From NCBI GenBank assembly GCA_030704615.1, contig CM060731.1, positions 1,426,001-1,490,000 on the forward strand: a DNA stretch of 64,000 nucleotides, in the 5' to 3' direction. A model generated the notes under the pieces. That model was not told the DNA's origin. It worked only from the letters and a program-made list of their open reading frames with translations, and ran no database searches. The DNA is from Takakia lepidozioides. Taxonomy: Eukaryota; Plantae; Bryophyta. A program made the position numbers and the translations under genes. This document shows positions 13,068-27,900 of this stretch, in pieces. How positions within the stretch are numbered: the stretch's first letter is position 1; every line of letters begins with the position of its first letter.

Positions 13068-13209
13068 CATTTGTATGGGGCCCCGTGTTGGCCATTGAGA
13101 GCACTCCCTTGCCCTTGTGGAGAAGCTTGAAATCCTCATCATTGAATTTCTTCCCATCACTTTCATCATGTTCATAGGTGTTTCCCCAACCAGATCCTCC
13201 CAGGCATAC
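13068..13209 (-). pseudogene. Cyclophilin-like exon or fragment (divergent, probably a pseudogene)
   Basis: An AG..GT-bounded exon translates [48 protein letters not shown], matching cyclophilin KFxDENFxLxHxGxGxLSMANxGPxTNG. It is absent from the ORF track. A weak C-terminal-like piece (GRLV..LEVVDKV) lies near 12460-12510. Confidence 0.65.
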
Positions 13210-14040
13210 CTCTTGAAATTACTCCATTACTAAGATAAGTAAACCTATGTTTGTTTCAATGTATGGGTGGTAGTCTAAGGTGCAATGTAAACGTGACTCT
13301 TCTGATGTTAATCCCTAATCTGGACCATATTTGCAGCGGAAAACTACTGACACTGAACGCCTCGAAATACTTTATTAGCATGGCACATCCACTGCCTAAA
13401 ATGTGGGATTGTTTTGTCACCAGAGAGAAGGTCTGTACACATGTTACAGATCCAGTAGCCTTGCAAAGCAAATATCCCATTTCTCAGAGATGAGAGAGAC
13501 ATAGGGAGGAGAGAAGCAAAGAAGAAGACAGAATCCTTGAGATTCCGAACCCCAGAATGAAGGTTAAGAACCATAGACATGTAGACATTGGACCTTAGAA
13601 TGTCGAATGTAGACATTAGACCTTATGCCCTAGGGCAGAAAAGGGGGAAAGGGAAGAATTACCTGGATTTGTTTGTTCCAAAAAGAATGTGAGCTTCTAT
13701 ATGTCGGATTGCTCCTTGGCGACCTTCTATGTAATTGCTTTGCTAGGTCGATGGAGTTCACGCCATGGCCATGGCCAATCTCATGGTCTACGCAGAGACG
13801 GGAAGCAACAAGGGCAGGAAGCGCGAGGATGCATGCATGGAAGTGACAAGTAGAATGTAGATGGAATGTGCTGGATGATAACGTATAACATTCATCCAAA
13901 CTGCGTAATCAGGTGCGCAGTATTGGGAACATTGTTGAGAACTGCCCAATATTATAAGGGTTTACCATAGTAACTTGTTTTCTAGTTCTTTTTGTCTCTT
14001 TATTTGTTTTAAGGGAAATAATCTTCTCCTTTTTCTCAGA

Positions 14041-14613
14041 CTGCCCGGCTGGATAGCCCATCCCCTTGCGCAGGTGATCCCAGGCTCAAATCCCGGCTAC
14101 CACATCGTTCGCTGAAACGCTAGGGTTTCGGGGTGACGGCTGACGACCGGCAGTCAAAGTCAAACCAGCAGAATGTGCGCTAGCGCCCCGGCAGATTATG
14201 CCAATAATAGCACGTCTACGTGGCAGGTTACAGCGGCAGCACCTTATCTGTGACCGTTCCTCCCGTGGAACGGGTGCTCAGATGGAGCACTTGGGTATTC
14301 CTGGGGCTCCAACGTGGCTCCATCTGGAGGGTCTGTAAGAAGAATCTAACGGCCAGAATCCAACAGTCTTAGGGTTGCAGAATGTGCCGACGTGGTGCGA
14401 TAGGACACGTCGGTGGGATTGAACGGCAGAAGGCGGCGCTGGCTTCCAAAGCTTCCCTCCCTCCCTGGCTATGGCGTCCTGCCTCCCTCTCTTCCTCTCT
14501 TCCTCTTCACGCTCTATGTACCCCTCTTCCTCCATCTGACCTTCCTCCCCAAGATCCTGGAAGGTTTGTAGGAGATGAACGTGTAGATGGTCCGTGTCTT
14601 AGAGGCTGTGACA
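14041..14613 (-). mobile_element. Probable LTR fragment
   Basis: This is a CpG-rich island with a sharp boundary starting TGTCACA on the minus strand at 14613. The other end and a TSD were not found. Confidence 0.3.
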
Positions 14614-15915
14614 GTTGAACGACAAAGCTCATTGCAACTGAATGACAGCTGAACTAGCAGGGGCTCTCACAATGGGAGTGTAGGATGTCTACTAAGCCCA
14701 GCTAATGGAAAAACATTTTTGCAGCTCAATTGGAAAGAGTGCCTTGACGACCCACCTGTACAGGTTGGTAGGCACTGTGCGCCCATGTCCTGTGTTCAGA
14801 GAAGTGGGACAATACCTGTAACAACAACCCACCATGGCCTGTTTTGGCCACATGGCACACTAGGAAGCATCCAGTGTCCATGCCATCCCTTATTGTATGA
14901 AAAGTTGAAGCTGCACATTTGTTCTGGAGAACTTTTCGAGCACAGAATGTGGGGTGTGGACCTTCTTCATAGGTGGTAGCAGTCACTTCAGCAGCAGTGG
15001 CGCCAGCAATTGGTTGGAAATCCAGAGCACCAGCAAGAGTAGATTAGTTTACATTGCACCATGTGGACTAAACAGCTACTGAGAAAAGAGCAGCTGGATG
15101 TGGATGGATACACACATTGAAAGACTTAAGAGATTAAGAGATGGAGAAAGACATGCTTGACCATGAACCGCATGACTGTAAGAGTGTTACATCAAACAAT
15201 AACCATCACGCGCTGCTTTGGCCTAATGAGACACAATGCGGGCACTGGAAAGAATCTATGTCATCTCTTTATAAATGAAAGAAGCTGCACAGTTGTTCTT
15301 GTTGACAATCTTCCCAGCAGACCTGGTCTTCAAAGCTAACAAGCAAAGCGTATAAGATGAACAGCCAGAGGAAAAACCCAAGTTCTGAGTGAGTGCCAGT
15401 CAACCCAATGACACTATGTCAAAGGGAGAGAGAGCGCAAATAGATCACCATGCCGAATGTGCCCAACACATCCGCCTTCAGAGTTACATACAAAGAAAGC
15501 GGGGGCCACAGACTATTCAAAAGTTTTGATCTCTAGCTTCAGCTCACATGTATCACCTATCTCAAAAAGCTTTATCTCCTTTCTACCTAACACCGGGGTT
15601 GCAACAGCAGTGTTTTTCCGTGACAGGTGGATTGCAAGGATGACAGAGCCTACGATGAAGTGAGAATAATCAAGGGCTTGATAAAATGTTACCCCAAGAA
15701 CCCTGGTGTGCTCCTTGTACATTTGTTACAAAGGGATTGCATGTATGGAGCCCACTGCAACCTGCCACACTTACTCCGCTGTAGGCCTACCTTGCCGTAA
15801 GTCATACATAATGCTCTCCCTCACACAAGCTATATGGGCAGGTATGCCCCATAAGTAGAAACTGTAGGGCATGCACACACATGGCCTTCCGCTCACTTTC
15901 TAACAACGTGTTCGG

Positions 15916-18266
15916 TCAGTGCTTAGGTGGTCGTCCATCCTTCTCATCTCCCTCCTCTCTACTCCGCTTGCGCCTCACCACTAAGGACTCCTTGACTTTT
16001 TCATCTTCATCATCATCAGCTTCATCATCAAAGTCCTCATCCTCATCCTCCTCATCTTCCCCTGGTTCAAAGTCGCTGGCCCCTTCATCGTCCTCAGGCT
16101 GCCCAAGCGGTTGCACCAAATATTCTGTGCCATACTCCTCTTCCTCTTCTTCCTCCTGCAATCAAGACATGTCAACAACCACAGCTTTATCGATTACCCA
16201 AATGCAATGGGGTCGACGATGTGTCTTGGTATTGCTTCGGAAATACATGATGCTCTGTGACTATTGCTATCAGAAGTGCATCACTAGATACTCCCACTAG
16301 GTCTGATGGTATTCATACTAGCCAGGTTGTAACCCAATCAAACATCAGAAGGGGCTTTACAATCGACCACACATTTGAGCACCCCTCTGCTCAAGCGCCA
16401 CAACATAGGCTGGGTTAACTCGCTTTTTTATTCTAGAACAAAAAACTAAACCCTACACCTTGAAACACAACAACACGGAGGGACCACCGAACAATGACTA
16501 AGACTGTGGATTGAGAGAGAGCAGTCCGCTTTGCACACTGTACAACCTCCTGCTGACTGCAGGAAACTGAAGTAATGAGGACACTAGTACTCCTCACATT
16601 CTGCTGACCCCATGAAACCTTACAAACCAAGTTGTTGTCTTGCCAGGTTCAATACCCTTGACAGACAGATACAGGTAGGTGCAACATGAGGCACTTGAGG
16701 TCCCAACATCCCTGTCAGTGTGGTGGGTCTCTTATAAAAACCCTGCAGCAGTATGTAGAAGGGTTCTTTGGCAACCTGCCAGATAGGTGCTCAAACGAAC
16801 GTTCCCAAGCAGTAGGTGTTTGTACCCCCCGGAAGACCACTAAACCCCAACCAGAACCTCGAGCGCTACCCAAGGCCTCAGCACTAACTGCGACCAGGAA
16901 GAAGCTTCAACTTCCGCAAGGAGCTCTGCGGAAATAACCTACTACTCAGGCAATGTATTACCTCGTCATCCCCCTCTTCGTCCTCTCCGTCATTGTCCAC
17001 ACCGTCGTCATCATCTTCGTCCTCTCCTAGCTCTCCATTCTCGTCGTCCTCATTCTCATCGTTTTCTTGGACGTCAAGCTCGCCCTCTGTACTAACAAGT
17101 GCCCCACTCGCTTGTTCTGTGAACAAACGTCCATTTGCAGACTCAGAGTGGTTATCTATGTTGCATGACATGCAAAGGGGTGCGCTAAGTGTTGATAATC
17201 AGTACAAAAAAATTACTCCTCCACAAAATTGTAGGGCTCGCATATATGAGAATGCACCCAGGCAGGCCGACCAAAGCCCGTAAGCAGGCCTCCACGGGTG
17301 TAGCAACGTGCAAATGGTTTAGCCCCATCATTGCTACTCTTGAGAAAGAGAAATAACGTTACCTTCTTCATCTTCCTCCTCCTCCCCAACAGCGTCGTCG
17401 TCGTCGTCCCCAGCCTCCTCCTCATCGGTCTCCTCTTCTATATCTTGCACCTCCACATTGTCTTCTTCGTCTTCAACCTCATCATCATCGGAGCAATGGT
17501 CATTGTTGGCCTGCCCAACAACTTCTTCAGCCACAGCCGCCAAGATTTCTTCTTGATAACTGCCACCTTCACCTTCCTCCTCATCTATCTCGTCATTCTC
17601 TTCCCCGTCATCCTCTCTTTCTTCCTCGTCTTCACCCTCCTCATCGTCTTCGTCGTATAGCGCTTCCCCTTTCGAGTCACCGTCAATCCCGTCCTCATCA
17701 TCCCCTTCCACTTCCACACCATCGCCATTGGCATCCTCCACATCCTCGTCTTCAGAATCTTCCTCCTCTTCCTCATCCGACTCGGGCCGCTCGTTATCAT
17801 TTGCGTCCGCTTTGTCCAAGTACTGCAAAGATTTCATCACGTCGAACACGCGGGCCCTGTATTCAGACACACGGGTGACCGGACACTCGTAGAGGTCAAG
17901 CGACACCAGCTTGAGCCGCGCAAGCGGCGCAAGGTCCTCTAGCAGCTGAATTTTGTTGTTGGAGAGATCAAGGTCGCGCAGCGACTTCAAGCCTGCCTGC
18001 ACCAGATGCTCCAGACCCCCCGCAATTCGATTGTCACTCAGGATGAGCTGCTCCAAGTGCGGCAGGCTCGGAAAATCCGCCAGCGACGACAACCCCACGT
18101 TCGCAATCGACAGATGCCGCAGCTGCGCAAACGGCTCAAACAGCGATGGCGGAGGCAACCTCCCCTGCGCACACTTGAGCGCCCCGTCCAGCGTCAACGA
18201 CCTGGTCGCCCCTGCCTCCTCCTCCCCCTTCGCTGCCTCAACCGCCCGCTCCCAAGCATCGTCCAT
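15916..18266 (-). CDS. Acidic leucine-rich nuclear phosphoprotein 32 (ANP32)-related protein, 3 exons
   Basis: Exons 18266-17363, 17155-16962 and 16155-15916 have GT-AG introns in consistent phase. The protein has LRRs (LEQLILSDNRI, LRDLDLSNNKI), an LRR cap (YRARVF...LQYLD), a long D/E tract, the plant motif YGTEYLVQP and a basic RRKRSR C-terminus. Confidence 0.93.
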
Positions 18267-18440
18267 CCCCCTCCCTCTCCCTATCCCCCCCCTCCCTCCT
18301 TTCCCTCTCTCTCTCTCCCTCCCTGCCTCCCTCCCTCCCTCCCTCCCTCCCTCGCTCCCTCTCTCCCTCTCCCTCTCCCTCTCCCTTTGTCCCTCTTTCT
18401 CTCGTCTCTCCCTCCCTCTCTCTCTTTCTCTTCCTTCCCG
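18267..18440. repeat. CT/GA-rich polypyrimidine/polypurine tract in the 5' UTR or promoter of the ANP32-like gene
   Basis: (CCCT)n/(CT)n low-complexity run immediately upstream of the ATG. Confidence 0.85.
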
Positions 18441-21400
18441 CCCCTGCCCGCCCTATGCCCCCATCCATGCATGGGGGCACCCCATGCATCCCCATGCATG
18501 CATCCATCCTAGGTCATCTCTCCCCTCCTTTCTTTTCACACTCTTCTATACCCCCCTCACACTTCCTCTCTCTCATCGATGGATTCGCCATCGCTTTGTT
18601 CTCGTGGAGGAAAGCTTCCTCTGCTTACCGACTTGAATCCCTTCCTTCCTTCGAGGGCAACCGAAAGAAAGCGAAACACGAGATCCCCCACACTTTTGCT
18701 TGGAAGATGTGTGAAATTGTGAATGAAGTTGGAGGAGTGCGTCCCATGAAGAGAAGGGATGGCATGGGATGGGATGGGATGGCATGCATCCTCGCTCACT
18801 TTTTTAGTGTTGTCCGAGAAAAGAGTTGGTGATCGCAGTGTGGTTCATGGAGACATGAACAGCGAGTGTGATGAAGTGCATCGCATTCAACACTGATCAT
18901 TGCATGCAATTTCAAATTTGGACACAACAGCTCCGCATGAGGTTCAAACATGCATCCGACTCATGCGTGCTTCAACACATTTTTGTATATATTGTAGGAA
19001 GGAAGATGAGGTAAGTAGGTAGCTAGTAGCAGGACTAAACTGGGGGGTGTGATGTCAGTGGTATGAATAACAGGATCGGAGAAATACAAAGCTAACTTAG
19101 TACCGACTGCATCACATTCTGACTTGTTTGCTCATTTGCATATGCTATCGGATTGGTGGGGAGAATCCCAGTTGACTTGAAGAATGAGTGCAAATGTTGT
19201 TACTGTTGCTGGAGCAGGCTGTCTTCAACACCGTTTGGAAGAAAAGGGTTCAAGTCACAACTTACATGCCAACAGGAATGATAACTCATGGCTCATGGCA
19301 TGGTCCGACTGAAAAGTGCAATGGGCTCCTGAACAAGAGTTTTTTAAAATGAAAACTGCGCCGGCCTTCAGAAGAATGTCCCCAACAAGTTGTGAGGTGG
19401 GTCATGTTTCATACATTACTTACATCATTCAGAGAACCCATCAGGTTGAACCCACCTAACATCGTCATGCACCCCAATTTGTCTGGCCCTGAAGAAGATC
19501 GCAGTTGTGGGTTCTTGTCATGGACATCAATCCTCCATCCCAACCCAATTGCAATTCCAGGTTTCACTGAGAACTTTTGAGCAATAGTTGAATGGTGGTA
19601 TTAGATGAGGAACTCACCTAGTCTGATGTTATGTATGAGAATAGGAAGAAGAGAAGAAGTGGGTCATACATGAGTTGTGCATAGTTGCATGAATGAAAGA
19701 TGGGGAGTAGGTATTCAAAAGTGGGTTATTAGTTATTACTGTTGCTGTAAAGGCTGTATGGGTGGGCGAGATCCAGGCATGTCACCCTCAGGTTTCTCAC
19801 ATCTCCTTCCTGCCCAGATGACACACTGGGGTGGCAGTTGATCACAGCCGCGTGGCACATGTTGGGTTTTGCCGACGTTGGCAGGAATCAAGTTGATACT
19901 TTGTGGAGATGTCCATGGCACCGTTGAATCTACACTCCATCCGCAGCAGGCCTACCAGAAATTCAAACTGAAAAGCTTTATAGCATGGTCAGTGAAACCC
20001 AGAGTCACACGACCGGCTATGGCCGTTAGGGTACATCTTGCAGTATGCAGATCAAATGTACACAGCTCTCTCTCTCTGTCGCTCTCTCATGAACACACTT
20101 TCTACTAAAATAGGCAGGATGCAGCTGTGTAGCGTTTCTGCAAAACGGAGCCAGCCAGAGATGTCATGAAGTAAGTAGTAGCCAACTGCGTAGCAATGGC
20201 GTGTAAGTAGAGAATTATGTTGGATCAGCCGACTGCATGAGGTCATCCTTGAATGAATGAATGGGTTTCAAATTCATGGATGCACCGCCGACCCTCTGCT
20301 TGGGTTGCGAGGATTGCGGGGCATCTGATCGTTAACTTACGAAACTTTCTTCCAGCATGTACGCATCCAACCACATGATAGCCCAGATCCACAGGAAAAT
20401 CGAGATGGCACTTCATTGCAGCTCGAAAACCGAGGAAATCAAGAGCAAGGTGTTTTCCAAAGGAATTGCCGTTTTGCTAACAGATCAAGCACGTCTCTTA
20501 GGTCATATGCTGGACTTACTCAGATCACAATAGGAATGTCTCAGATTTGCCGCCAACGCTCCTGGTATGACTGAATCAATTGGGAAAAGAACAAAACGGT
20601 CAAAGACAACGGTCAAGGACAGGAAAGTCTTGTTTGGTAGGGTCCTGTTCGTGCGTGGTACGCAGCACTCAGCTTTGATTGACAACCAAACTTGCTAGGT
20701 TACAAAAATGGAATGGGATAGCCTAACAGGCTGATCTCATTATTAGACTCAAAACTTATGCCGACTTGATTGAATCACTTCTCTATTGAAAGCTGTGGCT
20801 ACCAAATGATTTGAAGTAAATGTGTCAGATTTCCTCCAGTACAGATGCTTTTGTCATTTGCCTCTTGACTACTTTGAGTTGAGTCACTTCAGCTCTAGTC
20901 AGCTCTTGTCTAACCACTGCTCAGTGCTTTGTGATCTGAAACTGCATTCGAGCTTGATCATCCCAGCCAGGCAAGTCTTAATTGGTAGACATGCCTCCTC
21001 TCCAGCCAGTTGCAATCTGTGGGCAGTTGCCAAAATAGCTGTGCTGTGATGGTAGGGGAGACAATTGTACGGATTGCATCCCTTTCACATTGGTTATGAT
21101 GCCTATTGCACCTACCACACTGCTGTAATAAGAGATACCATTTCCTCCTACTCCTGTTCTACAACAGACGGAAAGCTGATAAAAGGAGCAGAACATTTAG
21201 GTAGATTGATTAACAAGCTCTGGATAACCATGCCAAACCACTAGCTAATACTGTGGTAAGGTCGTCAAGCAGGAGGTGCTTGGCTTCTACCTCTCATATC
21301 TGCCCTTTCCTGGTAGGAAGCTTGACCTTACTAGAGAGTTAAGATCTGTGACTCCCTGGCCATCCCAATATGAATAGCCACGTGGTCTGGTAAGCTGCAA

Positions 21401-21961
21401 TTTCTAGTCCTTAGATGGTCTGACACAAATTGCTGCTGATCAGAAACCGGAATGATTGATCCTAAGGACCATACTCAAAGGGCCTGTCTGAAGCATTCAG
21501 GCGCTGTTGCACCCTCTGGGTCACGATGCCAGCGGACAATATATTCAAGAAAGAAGGAAATTCATCAAGTAGCCAGCTCCAAGGACCAAAGATCAGCCCA
21601 CATGAGATGCAACTACCCCCGTGTCTCAGCACCAGTTGTAATGCTGTGCCCGTGCCCACTGCCCCCCCAACCCAAGTGATTTTATGAAAGCTAAAAGATC
21701 TGGTGTCATGAAAGACACTGACCTACAAGCCTGAAACATCCGAAGATGTAGTAGCCAATTATCAACATGGTGCAATCTACACCTGCAACATTTTCATTCA
21801 GAAATTATCTTACAAAATCCCGTAATGCCTTACAAGCTTCGGTTCTAGCATTATACAAACACAGCCAGCTGCACATACACTTTCTTGCATATGGACAATT
21901 CTTATCTCAAAACAATGTGACGAAAATATGAAATGCATGATAGGAGCATCCGTACACCTCA

Positions 21962-24900
21962 TTACACTCGCCGCTTCGTGGGAGCATTGGGTTCCTTGGA
22001 CATAGCCTCCTTGTCAAGCTCATTCACCACATTCCTCAAAGCTGGAACTCGCACAGCAAGGGTCTTGTACAGCCGTGCATAGCGTGCACGGGTTCCATCT
22101 GCTGTCCGGGCCATAGCAAGCTGGCAAAATGACTCTGGCAGATGAGAGATGGTCTGCCTGATCTCATCCACCGAGAGACCAGCTAGCACTGAGGGCATTG
22201 GTACCACTGCAACAATCTCTTTTCCGTTCTTTTCCTGCATTCTTGCTTGAGCTTTCACAACAAGGTCAAATGCTGCATTCGCCCCACACTTGATCACAAA
22301 CGGGGTTGCCAATCCATTGTTGAACTGCAATACACTCCATTGGACAACCTCTCCATCCCCAGCATTGCTTCCTTCGTCCCAGTCACGTGATGAGAGCTCA
22401 CCAGGATCTGAGATATCATCAAATGTCCGACCACGTACATGCCGAGATCCCTCGTGTTGCTCATGGATGGTCTAGGCACAAATAAGACCCATGTAAGTAC
22501 CAAAGGGAGAGAGACGGAAGCAACAGGCTCAGGCACCTAACAAATGCACGCAAAATGGAGGAGAGTTCAGAACACATGGTGGACGATCAACATGATGTTA
22601 GTTACCCCACTGGTTGCCAGGAAACAGCTACGGTAACATAGGAAACTCAGAGAAGCAGGCAAGTAGGAATACCTCAACCACTCTCCGTGCTTCTGCAATA
22701 TATTTCTCAGCATAAGGATGGTCAATGGGCAGCAGTGTTGTCATTCGGTCAGAAAAGGAGTCTAGGCGCGTGAGCAGATTCTTTTTCTTGGCTGCTGTCA
22801 CTGCCTTCTGTGGTGCCTCCCTCCGAATCTCCTGAATACATTTGTATGCCAATAATAATTTTGCGGTTAGGATGCTCATGCACTTGGACCCTGCTAACGC
22901 GGGGATATCAGTTGTACTGCTTTTTGCAGTTGTATACGACAGGTCTACCAAAATCATGTGACTGACTTGTGCAAAGAACGAGACTTGTGGGAACAGTATG
23001 ATTGGTGCAACATACAGGAAACTGTTCTAGAGACTACCTTGCTAAGGTTGTAAAAGCAGCTCCTAAGATCTAATCAATGCACTAAAGCTCAATCCTCCCA
23101 ATAACCTTTCACTCTCTTTTTAGCTTCAATTGTATGGGAAAACAAAATACTTCATGAGCCTAAATTGTCGCCACATAAAGCAAGCGGGTCAAAAAATGCA
23201 CCCCTGCAAAATCATGAATCTCAATCATCGGTGACAGCCTCATATGTGCAATGCAGTATGTTATGACATCTGAGTTTGTGCACCTCCCAACAGGTCTTGT
23301 GTGATCAGGCTGTCCCAGACATTTGTGGATAGAGGAGTTCTGGCCTTCCACAAGACTGACATAATGTCTTTGAATAGACAAGTTCTGTCAATGAGTCTAC
23401 GTTGACAAGTTCTGGCCTTATTCCTGCCCTACCTGCAAAAGCAAGGGAAACCCACCTCAGTTTGCTTGTAAATATCCTCGAGAGAAATGAGGGATGCCAC
23501 CCGAGCATCTTCAGTTGCTGTCGAAGGATTGGAGAAGGGCGACCCACCCTCTTCCTTGGTGAGAAGAGCCACATCTGCACGCATCTGCTGCAGAACCTGC
23601 CAAGCACACATACCAAGATGGTCTGGCTCCACTCTCCAAGTCTAGGTTTTAAATGTAGCCAACGAATAATACAGCTGATCTATCTCCTTCCGGCACAATC
23701 AGATGAAAGGACCAAATGACAACCCCTCAGACCACATGCCTGTAACTGCAGTGAGGGCCAAGGTAAATCTCCTGTGAGGCAAGGATTTTAAGCTACTCTA
23801 TTTTGTGATGAGAAGACATTTAACATAGACCAACACTTACACAACAAAAAGACCAACCTCCATAGACGTCCAGCTTCTTACATTCTAAAGCAGCAAACAC
23901 CCGTTGACCTCCACAACACTATCATACACCCAAGTGTGCCCAACAGCAGCACACATACTCAAACTAAGTGCTCTCAGATCCAAACCTACTAAAATGCAGT
24001 TGAATGAACCGTTTACGTGCAATTTGCCAGCCCAATCATGATGTCTATATTGAAGAGCACTGAATGGTTAGAAGTGTATCATCCAGAAAACATATGGGAG
24101 AAGCCCAACCTTCCTACGCTTATGCTCCACAGATTCTAGAGCTGACCGCAACTTGGTTATTTGAGACGCATCATCAGCTTCTTCAGTTGCTAATGTGGCT
24201 GCAACATCCTGCAAGAACAGTTTTTCCATCAGAATGTTTAGTCACCATGGGTCCAATGACAACATAACCACAAAAAGATATGACCCGTATGAAAAACAGA
24301 GAGAAGGTAATCTGATCCAACCTTCAGATGCTGGAGCTGGCGGGTATACATAAGCTTGGAATAATCAGACAGAAGTTGACCAAGGGCATCGGTGCTTGGC
24401 CGCTGAGCCACTCCGAGACCAGACATCCATCCATCCAAGATTGCGGTGGAAAGTAGTTCCAAATGCCCCGTCACATTGCCAAGGCTCTCCCCACCTGTCA
24501 GTGATAGAAAATCAAAATTCTCTGCCAGCCACCCACGTATTTGGCGCTGCAACTCCCCTGCCAGTACAGCAATAGACACTATCCTATAGTCAGAACATAC
24601 AGGTGCAAATGCAAAGAGACAAATATGATTTTACTACATCTTTTCACATTCAAGTCGGAATATTTTTATGCAAGCTAGGCCAGGCCAATTTGCGGTCTGG
24701 AACACCAATGTCATGGTGGGGAGCAATCCTAACCTTCCCCACCCGTACTTGAACCCATCTGCAGACTAACAACATCCAAAGGAAGAAGGTCTTGTGATGC
24801 TAGCCAGACGACATGATCAAATAAACCTTGACAGTGTTTGTTTGTACTGTCAGTCACAGAGAGCCTGGTGCACAACGAACACAGCAGGACCCTCTTGAAA

Positions 24901-27900
24901 CAGAACACGTGAGATTCCTTTCTATCAGAAAGCTAGCATAGGTCTTATGTGAACTGACCTTTAATGGTCAAAATCCAACTAGAAACAGGCTTGTGCAGTG
25001 TTCATGCATGGCCAAAACACATATACTCTGTTGTACATACAAAAGAGGCTAATAAACAGAATGCAAAGTGATGAAGGCTAAGATTTTCCTGGAATTTCAC
25101 AGAAGAAAATGTGGAAGAACTACAATATTTTGAAGGAGAGGACGCTGCCTGCAGGAGTATGCACAAAGAGAGATGCAAGTGACTTGTTGCCAATGGCAAA
25201 TGTGCGCGCCTCATCAGTAGTCTCTTTCAGCTTCCCGCCCATCACATGCTGCCGCCATGCATCCTGCAGTACCACGCAAATCAATAATGACATGACTTCA
25301 GAGTTTCCAAGATGATAGACCTCCCAGTGACCATCTGTTGGGCAGTTATGCCCTCACACCCAGCTTGTATGGATAGTGACCTTACCATGGAGAATAAACA
25401 CAAATACTGTGTTCCTTTTTCACTATTTTTGTTTTTTGAGAACCCGAGGACATCTTTGTTGCCCACCACCAAGTAAGGCAGGTTAATCATGGGAACTGAT
25501 CACTGCTACATCATCTATCATCTACTGGGGCATTTGCACAGGTGACATAGTTGTCAGACTTTGATACTCATCTACAATTCAAGAACGTATTGAAGCACTC
25601 CAAAAACACAGAGTACATTCAATGAGCGCAGACTGACCTGGTCAATGCCTCTAAGTTTCAGCACAATAGAGGAAAACTTAGAGCGTTTCTCCTGCTTGAG
25701 GTTCACTCTAAAGCCCTGGACAGGGTCATCAATCGAATCTCTGAGCACATTGGTATGCAGAGACATCGGGGATCGTGCAGGGCTGGCCCCACGACTGGAG
25801 CCACGACTCGAGGAACGACTGTCGCGGCCACTCCCTGAGCCAGCCCTCTCCAGAAACCGCTCCACAGGAGGCACCTGCTCCCCCTGATGCCCTCGCAATT
25901 TACATGGTCAACATGGTGACGACAATACCATCAAACATGACACAATTAAACAAGGATTAGTGGATGCGGAACTCCCAAAAAGAGGGTCAATCCCATAACG
26001 GTCAGCAATTGAGTAGAAGTCAAACTTCAAGTTTGTGCAAGCTACCAAGACTGTCATGGATAGCAAGAAGTGATGGAGTATTGGCATAGGCTGCAGTCTT
26101 GGTGGCTCTATACGGCTTATTAGTCCTTACTGCAACATCTAAGCCTGACATACATCAGTCACACTTGAACAAGTTATGACCCGGTGTGGTCCAAATTTGT
26201 ACCTTGATGGATTGCAGCTCCGGTGAGCGAGAAAGGAGTGAGCGAATGTAGAGGATACGCACACGCGAGACCAGCATGGTGTCCATGACATGCCGGGGCT
26301 CCATCTTGCGGATGAAGGCAAACACAGCTCCCTGAATCTCTGCAAGCATCTCATGCTCCCTGGCTGCACCAGCCTTGATTACTGCTGCCAGCACCTGCAA
26401 CCCAAACACACGAAACCTCTCAGCACTTCCTTTACCAGCAGTTTAGACAGCTAGACTGAATGCGTATGAACATGCCCTCAACCTCATCTCCTCTAACTTA
26501 TAATACCCTGGAGAGTAACGAGTGTTTCACTCTCATTTGACAATACTGAGTAAAATAAGTACTTCCTTGCCTGTCAGCCCAACACCTTAATAGGAACAGT
26601 TGAAGCCTGAGACCACCCCAGTAACCAAGACAACAGGAAGACCACCAACACAGCCAAGCCCATGTCGAGCAATAGTTGAGTACGTATCAGTAAGTGGGGG
26701 ATGGTCATTGCATCCTCCTAATCACTTTTGGAAATTGCCACATGTCAAGAGGGAAAGGAGCATGTGCAACACTCGCTATTATTGCACATGACACCCACCA
26801 GGACGATACAGTACCCAGTTGTGGTCCCTAACCTTCCCACATCAATGCCAGGCACAATGCCAACGTCAGCCCCTGACAGAGGTAGGTTCTGTCCCTTTTG
26901 TTCCCGCTCAAACTGGGCACGGGGTCAATGGCCACAAGGCTATGGCAAACAACGTCTTATGAGTACAATCAATGCCAGGCACAATTGCTTTCCCTCTCTC
27001 TATGCACATGCACATATATGTACCCACATAAACCAAGTTGAAGAGGAGGCAAGTGACAACCAGCATAAGAAGTTTGTTAGCTCCATCGGCAATTGCAGCA
27101 GGACTATCATACTGATCTGGATTGAAGTCCATCAGGGCTGCAGTCAGATATTCCCCAGCAGGTGTAGTCTTTGTTCTGTCTTCTGTCTTGATCAATGCAA
27201 CCGTTCCTGGGGATGCTTGGGCTCCAACTCCAGATGCCACTTGCATAGAGCTTGAAAACTGCAGCTCAGAAGACAATGGCTTGCCACTAACACTTCTGAA
27301 AAAGGCAGAAAAAAAAAATCATTGATGTAAGGGACTGCACTCCAAAGTGCACAAACTACGGCAACCACAGCACCGGCAGTTTATTGACCATCATCAAGGC
27401 TCCAGAATAACATTAGAACTCATCCTTGTTATCTGGCACTGAATTATGATGTGAATGCTGGCCAACATCTCAAAATCAAGACAAGCACAGGTGAAATCGT
27501 TCATGAAGTTTCACTCGTATTACAAACATGACGTAAAAGGAAGCCGATATCTGCCAGCCACAGATTTCAAAGACGGCTGCCCAATCTCTACTGTCCAACG
27601 GGGAAACCCAATCAGCAACAAACCTGAATGAACCATCCAGATCAAAGTCATCCACACTCTGTCTTGATTGCGTTCGCAGCAACTGAAACACAACCAGTTA
27701 TAAACCAGATAAGCATGTGTAAGACAAGGCTATCTTAAGAAGGCCCAACACAAGGATTTAACAAAGCCTTTCCAAATTGTTAGTATGTGAGGTTTTCTAC
27801 CACTCCATTGCAGAGGAATTGCATCCTTCCTAATTAACATTCCTGTCAGATCCTCAGTGTCTGCTCCTCCACGCCGCCAACGGTGACCCGTAGGCCGCGG

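Noticed and set aside
14041-14110. tRNA gene
   Set aside because: Only a B-box-like segment is present and no full cloverleaf could be built. The same applies to 1735-1790 and 41790-41855.
17953-18832. Long plus-strand and short minus-strand ORFs around the ANP32-like start
   Set aside because: They are antisense shadows of a GC-rich exon and translations of the CT/GA tract.
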